Below, piece by piece: positions 1-7,954 of a DNA stretch of 32,000 nt; the stretch's first letter is position 1; the number at the start of each line of letters is the position of its first letter. The notes below the pieces were generated by a model. It searched no databases, was not told the DNA's origin, and worked only from the letters and a program-made list of their open reading frames with translations. Source of the DNA: Candidatus Scalindua sp. GTDB lineage: Bacteria > Planctomycetota > Brocadiia > Brocadiales > Scalinduaceae. A program made the translations under genes and the position numbers. The DNA lies in NCBI GenBank assembly GCA_031316235.1, contig JALDRA010000001.1:750001-782000 (forward strand). The letters are read 5' to 3'.

Positions 1-286
1 TTGAAAAACGGGTGAAAAGTTCAGTCTTCTTTCCAATCTCAGAGAAAATCTTTGCCCTGGTGTAGCGGGTAATGTCGTGAGTAACAGTGAATGTTCCATA
101 GGCCCCGGATCCCTTGGCATGCATACGCCTCTCGGGAATGACTTCTCGATCAAAGTGGGCAAGTTTCTCAAGGAACCATGCATCTTGCAGCAGCTGAGGA
201 CCGCGAGGTCCCGCAGTTATTACATTTTGATTGTCAGGTACGGGAGCACCGGCATTGGTTGTCAGCTTCTTTTTTTGGTCTTTCAT
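1..286 (-). CDS. katA: Monofunctional heme catalase, N-terminal 95 codons (partial, continues past window start)
   Basis: Absent from the ORF track because it runs off the edge. The reverse complement gives ATG at 286-284, then [95 protein letters not shown]. This is a typical catalase N-terminus including the distal-His motif RMHAKG. GGAG lies 8 nt upstream (complement of 295-298). Confidence 0.9.
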   Translation of the reverse strand, partial: MKDQKKKLTTNAGAPVPDNQNVITAGPRGPQLLQDAWFLEKLAHFDREVIPERRMHAKGSGAYGTFTVTHDITRYTRAKIFSEIGKKTELFTRFS

Positions 287-389
287 GGTTACTTCTCCTT
301 TCATGTTTGATTGTGTGCGGCTGACATTAAGGACACTGCGGCAGGGAAAACAGGCTGCTTCTCTCTTTTTCAAAATATCGCGAGATGTT

Positions 390-528
390 TATAGTCATCC
401 CATAATGGTTTTCGGATAAAATCCGAGATAAAATTGAGCGAGTAAAGTCCCCGGCGCTTTTTGTCCGGGGGTACCTTCACCAGGATTTGGTTTCCGGTAA
501 AACCGAAAATCAAATCGGTTTTAGTATA
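390..528 (+). repeat. Family-1 structured intergenic repeat, copy A (long form, diverged 5' end)
   Basis: TATAGTCATCCCATAATGGTTTTCGGATAAAATCCGAG...CAAATCGGTTTTAGTATA aligns end to end with the copies at 5626 and 6189. It also aligns, reverse-complemented, with those at 13536, 14018 and 31183. Confidence 0.9.
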
Positions 529-1017
529 ACCTCCAATACCTCGTATTATACAAAATCAAAAGTAGTCATCAATGATAATCGCAACATCAGAAAAAATATT
601 TTGCCTCAATGCATTTCTTTAAACATAACAACCTCTCGATCCAATCTTACCTTTCTTCGGTCAACCTGCCGCTTGCATGGCATTCATACCAGAGTGAAAA
701 CCTGACAGGCATCACAGAATCGCCAACACAGTCCTTCCGGGCAGTGGAACATATTCCGGGGCTGCCCGTCCTGCCACACTGCCGTTGTCTGAAGCCTGCC
801 CTCTCGAAACATGTTTCAATCAGTTTCGGGATTATCACCGATATTCAGCCTGTGAAGCGTTGTGGGTAGAAAAGGGAAAGATTATGATAATGAAACGTAT
901 CAGATCTGCCATTGGCTTCAACAGAATAAAATGATTTGCAATATGTTTCCCATTATTGTAAACAAGATATATTGAACTGAACGCCAGGAATCAATCAAAT
1001 CAGAAAGGGGCGAGAAA

Positions 1018-1182
1018 ATGAAATGTCCGGAGTGCGACAGAGAATATCGATCCGATGAGGTAATGTGTGATTGCGGATATATATTTGAGGAGGAAGATCG
1101 TATTGCATCCGATCAGGAAAGAGGCGTAAATGATGAGGAAGACAATAGTGGAGATTCAAACTGCCCGCAGCATGAAAACTGA
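1018..1182 (+). CDS. Small zinc-ribbon protein (54 aa), hypothetical
   Basis: Below the ORF-track size cutoff. ATG 1018 is preceded by AAAGGGG. Translation is MKCPECDREYRSDEVMCDCGYIFEEEDRIASDQERGVNDEEDNSGDSNCPQHEN with TGA at 1180-1182. It has a CxxC...CxC pattern and an acidic tail. Confidence 0.5.
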   Translation: MKCPECDREYRSDEVMCDCGYIFEEEDRIASDQERGVNDEEDNSGDSNCPQHEN

Positions 1183-1498
1183 AAGGATCTCTCCAGGTTT
1201 TTCGGGCAGGAATCAGCGCAGGCCGGCAGCCTGTATGCCTGCCCAGACGTAACTTTCAGGGTGGAAGCTCATTCGGCCTCGATGTACCGTCTGGATAATG
1301 ACTCCTCCTCCGTCTTTGACGCAGCAGCTTAATTAGTGTTTGAACGAAAACTGCCCATCTACGGTGTTGCCGTAATAATTAAAGGTTTCTCTCAATTTAC
1401 CGACAATTTACCAACAGGTTTTTTTCCTGACCTTAAAAAACGGTTGAAATTTCAGCCCTTTCTGTTTTAATGAATTGCATGGAGGAAACGGAGGTCTT

Positions 1499-2533
1499 AT
1501 GCGAAAGATAGTAGTAACGGGAGGATTGGGTTATATCGGTTCGCACACAGTTGTCGAGTTAGTAAATAACGGCTATGTGCCCATTATTGTAGACAATCTT
1601 TCAAACTCATACTCCGATGTCCTTTCCTGGCTTGAAAAAATTGTAGACCACAGACCTTTGTTTTATCAGATTGATTGTACTGAAAAAGAGGCATTTCGTA
1701 CTGTTTTTCAGGACCACGACACCATAGAGGGTGTTATTCATTTTGCGGCCTTTAAGGCTGTTGGTGAATCGATAGAGAGACCGATCCAGTATTATCAAAA
1801 TAACCTGGGCTCGTTACTTTCATTATTAGATTTAATGAGCGAACAGGGAGTGAACAACCTCGTATTCTCTTCATCATGTACGGTATATGGTATTCCTGGA
1901 GGTACGATACAGGTAGACGAAAATACGCCCCTGCAGAAACCAAATTCTCCATACGGCCAGACCAAGATCATTTCGGAACAGATAATATCTGATGCCGCTT
2001 TTTCATCAAATATCAGGTCGGTACTTCTTCGCTATTTCAATCCTGTCGGGGCACACGAGTCGATACAGATTGGCGAGCTACCCATAGGGATACCAAATAA
2101 TCTTGTCCCCTTCATCACACAAACGGCAATCGGTATCCGGCACAAACTCTCCATTTTCGGAAATGATTATGATACACCAGACGGCACCTGTATTCGAGAT
2201 TTTATCCATGTCTCAGACCTCGCACATGCACACGTCAAGGCCCTTGAGTACCTGGATAAACAAGAGGAGGATGTTTCAATCTTTAACCTTGGTACCGGAA
2301 AAGGAAACTCGGTAATGGAATTAGTAAACACATTTGAACAGGTTACCGGGCATGATCTCAGCTATGAATTTGCCCCGCGACGGGCAGGAGATGTACCGGC
2401 AATTTACGCCAACGCAGACAAATCAAACCGGTTGCTCGATTGGACATGCAGATACTCCCTTGAAGATTCTTTATCCACTGCCTGGGCCTGGCAGAAGCAT
2501 CTGAAAGAGATCAATTTCAAGATAGAGCAGTAA
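1499..2533 (+). CDS. galE: UDP-glucose 4-epimerase
   Basis: MRKIVVTGGLGYIGSH Rossmann motif, SSSCTVYG and PYGQTK (YxxxK) catalytic motifs, full-length GalE-like. ATG 1499 sits behind GGAGG. The track start at 1475 is probably an upstream in-frame extension. Confidence 0.9.
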   Translation: MRKIVVTGGLGYIGSHTVVELVNNGYVPIIVDNLSNSYSDVLSWLEKIVDHRPLFYQIDCTEKEAFRTVFQDHDTIEGVIHFAAFKAVGESIERPIQYYQNNLGSLLSLLDLMSEQGVNNLVFSSSCTVYGIPGGTIQVDENTPLQKPNSPYGQTKIISEQIISDAAFSSNIRSVLLRYFNPVGAHESIQIGELPIGIPNNLVPFITQTAIGIRHKLSIFGNDYDTPDGTCIRDFIHVSDLAHAHVKALEYLDKQEEDVSIFNLGTGKGNSVMELVNTFEQVTGHDLSYEFAPRRAGDVPAIYANADKSNRLLDWTCRYSLEDSLSTAWAWQKHLKEINFKIEQ

Positions 2534-2593
2534 GGAATTTCCATGCCGCTTAATCTCATTAAGATCCTCGGAACCATTCAGAGGTCCCTTAGT

Positions 2594-3394
2594 TCATGAA
2601 CCTGAACTCTGATAATGATTAACCCCATATTTCCATACCACGAGTGATATCGAAAAAAGGATTATCCCCACAACCGGTGTACCCATCTCTAACGCCGGAT
2701 GCAGAAGATCATCTCCCGATCGATCCAGAAAAAGATGAGCCGGGTAGAAGTTTATGAACGCAATAGGGAACACGAAGGTCAGAAAAAACTGTACACCTGT
2801 ATTGTAGATGCTCACAGGGTATACGATAAACTCCCTGCTTGAGAATACTGCCGTATGGACCAGCGACCGGTTTCTCAAAGTCCAGAAGGCTACCGCCGAA
2901 ACCATGAGACGAATGGCCCCTGCGATCAGGACACCCCCAATCACCACTACCGGAAAGAGAGCAATCTTCTTGAGTGTCCACTCTATCCCGGAAATGTGTG
3001 TACTGAACCAGAGCGCGGCAAACCCCATAACCAGATGGGCCACCGTTGATATCTCGAACCTGGAAAAAATAACCTGCCCCAGCGGACTCAGTGGTCGTAC
3101 CAGCACTCTGTCAAATCCCCCGGAAATAATCATTTCGTCAAATTGAATCAACTGGGAGAAAATAAGGTTGGTAAATCCATGAGCCATTGCAAGAAGGGTA
3201 TACAAAAAAGCCATCTCCCCCAACGACCAGCCCTGTATTTCATGGAACTGGTTCAAGACTACAAGGAGAAGAGCAATTTGACCTATATAAAATATCAGGA
3301 TAGCAAATATGTAAAAGAGAAAACTGGTTTTATATTCCATCCTGGCTCGTAACGATGTTATAATAATGGCAAGGTAAATTCCTATAGTCTCCAT
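2594..3394 (-). CDS. ABC-2 family transporter permease (COG3694/COG4587-type membrane subunit)
   Basis: 266-aa polytopic membrane protein. It is adjacent (2-nt gap) to a second 266-aa permease and downstream of a COG4586-like ATPase, the usual trio arrangement. Confidence 0.65.
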   Translation of the reverse strand: METIGIYLAIIITSLRARMEYKTSFLFYIFAILIFYIGQIALLLVVLNQFHEIQGWSLGEMAFLYTLLAMAHGFTNLIFSQLIQFDEMIISGGFDRVLVRPLSPLGQVIFSRFEISTVAHLVMGFAALWFSTHISGIEWTLKKIALFPVVVIGGVLIAGAIRLMVSAVAFWTLRNRSLVHTAVFSSREFIVYPVSIYNTGVQFFLTFVFPIAFINFYPAHLFLDRSGDDLLHPALEMGTPVVGIILFSISLVVWKYGVNHYQSSGS

Positions 3395-3396
3395 AG

Positions 3397-4197
3397 CTAT
3401 CCTCCCTGAATAATGAGTTTATTTTTCCCTGCATTCCACATCAGTTTCCCAATTCCCATCATTATCAAAAGCCACACTCCCTGGGTAATGAGTATCGTAT
3501 GGATTTCCGATAACGGTACTCGTCCAATAAGGATAACGGCAGGTGAATAGAGCATGTGCTTGAAGGGGAGGAGATGTGTCAGGGGTTTCAGCATTTCCGG
3601 GAAAAAATCGATAGGGACAATTCCGCCGGCAAAGAAAGTAAACAGAGAATACTTAAAAAGCATGAACGGAAATATCTCAACAAACCAGAATGCAAGCAGC
3701 CCCACGGTAAAATGAAGCATGGAAAGCAAGAGGTAGCCCAGAACGGCTGAGAGAAGGAATGCAAGCAGCCTCAGCAGCTCAAACGGAACAGAGATATCAT
3801 AGAGAAAAATTGAAATAATAACAATGGGAAATGTCCTCGCCAGAAAATGGAAGAGAGAGTGCCCGATATTCTCGGCCAGATTCATAAACATAAAGGAGGT
3901 TGGTCTTATGAGCTCAGTTGCTATAGAGCCGTCCTCAACTTTTTTATGGATGATCGAATCATCCATAGTAAAGGCTATTCTGACAGCCATGGCCACAACC
4001 GCATAGGTAACAATTGACGATAAGGTAAAACCGTTATGCTCTTTTACCTCAAACTGTGCGTATAAGGCCTTCCACAATGAAGTAAATATGAATACGTAAA
4101 GAAAACCGTTTACGATCCCGATAAAGTAATCGAACCGGTATGTTATCTGCTTCTGAAATGATATTGAAACAAATTTAAAAAAGACTTTGGGACTCAT
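3397..4197 (-). CDS. ABC-2 family transporter permease (second membrane subunit)
   Basis: 266-aa polytopic membrane protein paired with 2594-3394. The family call is from architecture and context, not a search. Confidence 0.65.
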   Translation of the reverse strand: MSPKVFFKFVSISFQKQITYRFDYFIGIVNGFLYVFIFTSLWKALYAQFEVKEHNGFTLSSIVTYAVVAMAVRIAFTMDDSIIHKKVEDGSIATELIRPTSFMFMNLAENIGHSLFHFLARTFPIVIISIFLYDISVPFELLRLLAFLLSAVLGYLLLSMLHFTVGLLAFWFVEIFPFMLFKYSLFTFFAGGIVPIDFFPEMLKPLTHLLPFKHMLYSPAVILIGRVPLSEIHTILITQGVWLLIMMGIGKLMWNAGKNKLIIQGG

Positions 4198-4347
4198 GAT
4201 TTGAACTTACCAATCCTCACAGAAAAAGAGCACTTCACCCTTTCAGATATACTAAAACCGGACAGCTTTGTAATTCAGCTATTCTGCCCTTTTTGAGTTC
4301 CGGCCGGGCCGGTATTAATCATACATCAACTTTCAACACAATCATTT

Positions 4348-5361
4348 CTACAGGGGTATCGCTAACGCATCACTGTTGTGGTAAATATTCTTAATAATGC
4401 TCTCAACTGATGGTTCTCTTACAGAAAGATCCTTTATCTTATAGTTCGTGGCAAGAAAGCTGACAACTTCACCTATCCCGGTATTTCCTTTATCAAACTT
4501 GAGCCACTTCGTACAACCTTCTTCATTTATGACAGTGACACCCGGTATCTCTTCAACTGCAACAACGTCTTCGTAAAATTCAACCTCAATTATCTTTTCA
4601 TGTACAAACTGCCGCTTTAAAGACTCCGTCTCACCGTCAAAGATAATGCTTCCTTCATCGAGGATAATAAGCCTTTTACACATCTGCTCAATGTCGTTCA
4701 TATCATGGGTGGTAAGGATGATGGTCGTTCCTTCTTCCCGATTAATTTCCAGAAGAAATTTCCTTATCGCATCTTTTACGAGAACATCAAGACCAATGGT
4801 AGGTTCGTCCAGAAACAGCACCGGAGGACTGTGAATAAGCGATGCTGCTATATCACACCTCATCCTTTGCCCGAGAGAGAGTTTGCGGACAGGCATCTTC
4901 ATCAAAGGTTTAAGATCCAGGGCCTTTTCCAGACGCCCCATCTGATATAAAAAGTCTGGTCTGGAGACACGAAATATCACCCTCAACATCTCAAATGATT
5001 CCCTGACCGGAAGATCCCACCAGAGTTGTGTTCGCTGGCCGAACACAACTCCTATTTTAGCGGCGTTCTTCTTCCGATTCTCATACGGGACAATTCCGCT
5101 CACCGTTGCGCTGCCGGATGAGGGTACGAGAATGCCCGTTAACATTTTAATGGTCGTTGACTTTCCTGCACCATTCTCGCCAACATAACCAACGAATTCT
5201 CCAGGTTTTATCTGAAAGCTTATACCATCGACAGCTACAATCTTCCTTCGCCGTCTATGAAAAAGGGCCTTTATTCTTCCCATAAACCCTTTACCGGATT
5301 CGTCTACCGAAAACTCTTTTCGTAAATCCCTCGCTTCTATCGCTATCTTGCCTTCTCTCAT
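4348..5361 (-). CDS. ABC transporter ATP-binding protein (COG4586-like)
   Basis: Walker A GENGAGKSTT, signature LSLGQRMR, Walker B LFLDEPTIGLD, H-loop TTHDM. Start chosen at MREGKIAIEARDLRKEF (cat at 5359-5361). The track start at 5436 adds 25 atypical residues. Confidence 0.85.
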   Translation of the reverse strand: MREGKIAIEARDLRKEFSVDESGKGFMGRIKALFHRRRRKIVAVDGISFQIKPGEFVGYVGENGAGKSTTIKMLTGILVPSSGSATVSGIVPYENRKKNAAKIGVVFGQRTQLWWDLPVRESFEMLRVIFRVSRPDFLYQMGRLEKALDLKPLMKMPVRKLSLGQRMRCDIAASLIHSPPVLFLDEPTIGLDVLVKDAIRKFLLEINREEGTTIILTTHDMNDIEQMCKRLIILDEGSIIFDGETESLKRQFVHEKIIEVEFYEDVVAVEEIPGVTVINEEGCTKWLKFDKGNTGIGEVVSFLATNYKIKDLSVREPSVESIIKNIYHNSDALAIPL

Positions 5362-5625
5362 ATCTTTCTCTCTACACTCCTGATCAGGAGAAATGTGATA
5401 CGTTTTACCTGTTGTACGTTCATCGCATTGAATCATATCCGTTTTCTCTTGAGGGTCCAGAAAAAACCTCTGATATTTATCGTTCTCAGTTTCACGTCAG
5501 ATCTGGCCGGGCTGAAAGTCCTCGAAGCTTTCTGTCCCGGGATCAAGCTTGACTGCAGGCGCAGCCGAAGCTGCACTGAGGATTCTGCGAGTAAAGAACG
5601 GACGAAGATGGCCTGAAAAATACAG

Positions 5626-5764
5626 TATACTCATCTCATACTGGATTTCGGATAAAATCCGAGATAAATTTGAGCGAGTAAAGTCCTCGGCGCTTTTTGT
5701 CCGGGGATACCTTCACCAGGATTTGGTTTCCGGTAAAACCGAAAACCAAATCGGTTTTAGTATA
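5626..5764 (+). repeat. Family-1 structured intergenic repeat, copy B (long form, best reference copy)
   Basis: TATACTCATCTCATACTGGATTTCGGATAAAATCCGAGATAAATTTGAGCGAGTAAAGTCCTCGGCGCTTTTTGTCCGGGGATACCTTCACCAGGATTTGGTTTCCGGTAAAACCGAAAACCAAATCGGTTTTAGTATA. Confidence 0.95.
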
Positions 5765-5932
5765 CCTGCCCGGCTGATGTCTTTCGTCAGCCCGGACAAC
5801 CATTCCGGAGGAGAGAGACGGGCGAGAATACCAGGTTATTTTCTCCTGCATCCTTTCAGTATATTGATAAAAGGGCCCGTAATCTAATGAATTTTAATAC
5901 TGAAAAGAAATTCATTGCAGGAGAGATAACAG

Positions 5933-6174
5933 ATGGCAATTCGAAGCAGTGAGACAGCCACAAAGGTTCAGCCCTGGCATGAGGGCTTAACTGGTTGTCA
6001 CCATCACCCTGACGGTGATCAGATCTTTCCGATTATCGAAGGTACAGATACATCCATATGAGAGATGGAAACGAAGGATCTTTAACAGGAGAGACTGTAA
6101 CTTATCTCTTGAGATGCCCATGGCAGAAAGCTGAACAACTGAATCCACCAAAACTTCTAGAAAATAGCAGGTAA
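5933..6174 (+). pseudogene. Possible frameshifted small cupin-fold gene remnant
   Basis: AGGAG lies 9 nt before ATG 5933. Frame 1 gives MAIRSSETATKVQPWHEGLTGCHHHPDGDQIFPIIEGTDTSI, stopping at 6059-6061. The overlapping frame from 6058 gives MRDGNEGSLTGETVTYLLRCPWQKAEQLNPPKLLENSR, stopping at 6174. HHHPDGDQIFPIIEG resembles cupin motif 1 (HxH...E...G) and the second frame resembles the following beta-strands. One indel would join the two frames. Confidence 0.3.
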
Positions 6175-6188
6175 AAAGCCGATTTGTT

Positions 6189-6300
6189 TATACTCATCTC
6201 ATACTGGATTTCGGATAAAATCCGAGATATAATTGAGCGGGTATACCTTCACCAGGATTTGTTTTCCGGTAAAACCGGAAAACAAATCGGTTTTAGTATA
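6189..6300 (+). repeat. Family-1 structured intergenic repeat, copy C (short form lacking the central hairpin)
   Basis: TATACTCATCTCATACTGGATTTCGGATAAAATCCGAGATATAATTGAGCGGGTATACCTTCACCAGGATTTGTTTTCCGGTAAAACCGGAAAACAAATCGGTTTTAGTATA. Confidence 0.95.
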
Positions 6301-6367
6301 TCGTAACCCGCGACCAGGAAATGGAGTTAAAAGAAACATTCCCTCCGCTGACTCAAAGAATCCCCAT

Positions 6368-6997
6368 CTACTGTTTGAAGTTCTTTAACTCTTCCAGTGT
6401 TGCAAAACTCCGCAGTCTCTCTCCTCTTGAATCGGCAAGTGACTTCAGCTCGTTGACACCCGAAAAGAGATCATGGCTCATCTCAACAATTTGTTCGTGG
6501 CTGAGAGGACCCAGGTCCCAGAGAACCTCAAAGACACTCTTCCGCAGGTCATTACTGAGCTCTGGATAACACTCTTCCATCTCTCTCTCTCTCTCTTCCC
6601 TGGAATTATAGGCTGGTTTTCCACTCTTTATCAGTCGTCCGTCAATATAAATATTCCACAAATATTTATACCTGCGGTATGCACCGCTTCCATCTTCCGG
6701 TACACTGCTTTCTCTATACTTAAACCCTTTCTCCAACTGATCAAAGACATGCATGAGTTCGTGTACTACCCTCCCATCAAGATTATCCAGTTCATCTACG
6801 ATCTCCAACACCAATGTCTCCGCTCCAGAATCAAGATAATTCATGTCTATTGGAGCATCAGAAGGAGTATGCCTGATAGTTATACCTTTCAGTTTCTGAC
6901 TTATGCCCAGCTCCCGTGCCGCATCCTCAACCATCTTAAAGATAGCCTCTTTATTTTCAAAGCCCTCTTCAATAACCATGTTTGTACTGGTACCCAT
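6368..6997 (-). CDS. Hypothetical protein with HExxH motif (putative zinc metallopeptidase-like)
   Basis: Contains VVHELMHVF. Start chosen at MGTSTNMVIEEG (cat at 6995-6997) behind AGAGGGA. I do not recognise the family. It contains a (GA)8 tract encoding REREREM. Confidence 0.55.
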   Translation of the reverse strand: MGTSTNMVIEEGFENKEAIFKMVEDAARELGISQKLKGITIRHTPSDAPIDMNYLDSGAETLVLEIVDELDNLDGRVVHELMHVFDQLEKGFKYRESSVPEDGSGAYRRYKYLWNIYIDGRLIKSGKPAYNSREEREREMEECYPELSNDLRKSVFEVLWDLGPLSHEQIVEMSHDLFSGVNELKSLADSRGERLRSFATLEELKNFKQ

Positions 6998-7213
6998 AAC
7001 CTGTTTCCCTCTTTTTATTTCTGAGGTCCGGACTGAGGACACTTGATTTCCAGCCGAACCCTTATCCTAAAACCTGCCAAATGAGCGGTATCAAGTTTCT
7101 TAACCTGAGATAATGATATGAAAACCATGACGGAAATGCAACCTCTTTTCTCTCGAAGACGCTCTATACATTATATTTTTCTTTTGATTAATTTCCTGTA
7201 TACTATATATTTT

Positions 7214-7382
7214 ACAGTAGTATCCGGTTAGGTTTTTGCCTGCATGACTTTTGTCAAATCCGAACACTTTTATCGTGAACCCGGAGATTCGTTCATCCTG
7301 GTATTCCAGCAGACACCTTGCAGGGATGACATCTCTGGGGCTATCGTTAAAATATGTGCAAGCATCCAAACGGATAGTGATG
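7214..7382. mobile_element. Decayed copy of the family-2 MITE (intact copy at 29277-29444)
   Basis: Aligns almost without gaps over about 169 bp to 29277-29444. The left end CAGTAGTATCCGGTTAGGTTTTTGC matches CAGTAGTGTCCGGTTAG(A/G)TTTTTGC. Internal blocks GTCAaAtCCGAAC..TTTATCG..TCGTT..ATTCC..ATGACA..TGGGGC..TTAAA are shared. The internal hairpins and right terminal repeat are eroded. Confidence 0.7.
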
Positions 7383-7425
7383 CTTTTATCTATACAGAAT
7401 AACCTTTTCACGGGAGATGGTAAAG

Positions 7426-7755
7426 ATGTCAAATATTGATGCCGTTACGAGCGACGACTTTGATCAAGTGGTACTTAAATCTACAGTTCCTGTACTCGTT
7501 GACTTTTTCGCAGTATGGTGCGGGCCATGCAAAACGGTTTCACCAATCCTGGATGAATTATCCAAGGATTTCGACGGCAGGGTCAAGTTTGTCAAAGCAG
7601 ATATTGACGCTGACGATAATAAAGAATTGGCAGCTAAATATGGTATCATGTCTGTACCGACCTTATTGCTCTTCAGTAATGGTGAAGTAAAAGAGACAAT
7701 AGTCGGCGTAACAAGCAAGAGTAAACTTACACAAACACTGGAAGGAATTTTATAA
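7426..7755 (+). CDS. trxA: Thioredoxin
   Basis: WCGPCK active site, about 109 aa, typical TrxA fold sequence (VLVDFFAVWCGPCK...GIMSVPTLLLF). The start may be ATG 7426 (GGAG 10 nt upstream) or ATG 7417. Confidence 0.92.
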   Translation: MSNIDAVTSDDFDQVVLKSTVPVLVDFFAVWCGPCKTVSPILDELSKDFDGRVKFVKADIDADDNKELAAKYGIMSVPTLLLFSNGEVKETIVGVTSKSKLTQTLEGIL

Positions 7756-7954
7756 CTTTCCGGAAATTGCTGTATAGTATAGTTAGTGCCGGAACGGTAA
7801 CCCGGTTGTTGAACTAAAACTGTCCGGTTTCAAAGGGCGTTACTCTCGTAATCCGAAGAAACTAATGTACTTGAAGATTACGGAATTATTACTGTAACGC
7901 AGTAGACGATTGGTTTTCGTTCAACCACCTATATTAGAAAGGGAACTTATTATC

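Noticed and set aside
487-705. Track ORFs that cross family-1 repeats (487-705, 5549-5887, 5636-5851, 13390-13692, 13557-13751, 13961-14434, 31235-31435)
   Set aside because: Their similar peptide segments (for example VSGKTENQIGFSI, RKRRGL) come from translating the same repeat in different contexts. Copies carry indels that break the frames. No RBS or conserved ORF boundaries are present.
1190-1330. GC-rich patch downstream of the 54-aa zinc-ribbon ORF as a missed gene or pseudogene
   Set aside because: I found no open frame of useful length with a start codon and no recognisable motif in any frame. It is left unannotated.
1475-1498. Longer N-terminal extensions given by the ORF track (1475 galE, 5436 ABC ATPase, 7042 HExxH, 7910 NifS-like, 24295 flavoprotein)
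   Set aside because: Family alignments start at the internal Met in each case. The internal ATGs have better purine-rich upstream sequence. The extensions begin at non-ATG or context-poor codons.
6473-7024. Long antisense ORFs inside confident genes (for example 6473-7024, 11005-11409, 22767-23228, 24622-25254, 8555-8959)
   Set aside because: Each is fully embedded opposite a gene with strong family motifs. The translations are Ser/Pro/low-complexity rich with no recognisable motifs.
7100-7432. 110-aa ORF on the - strand between the HExxH gene and trxA
   Set aside because: It runs through a decayed copy of the family-2 MITE (7214-7382) and overlaps the trxA start codon. The peptide segments correspond to the repeat's terminal repeat and hairpin remnants. 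No RBS is visible.
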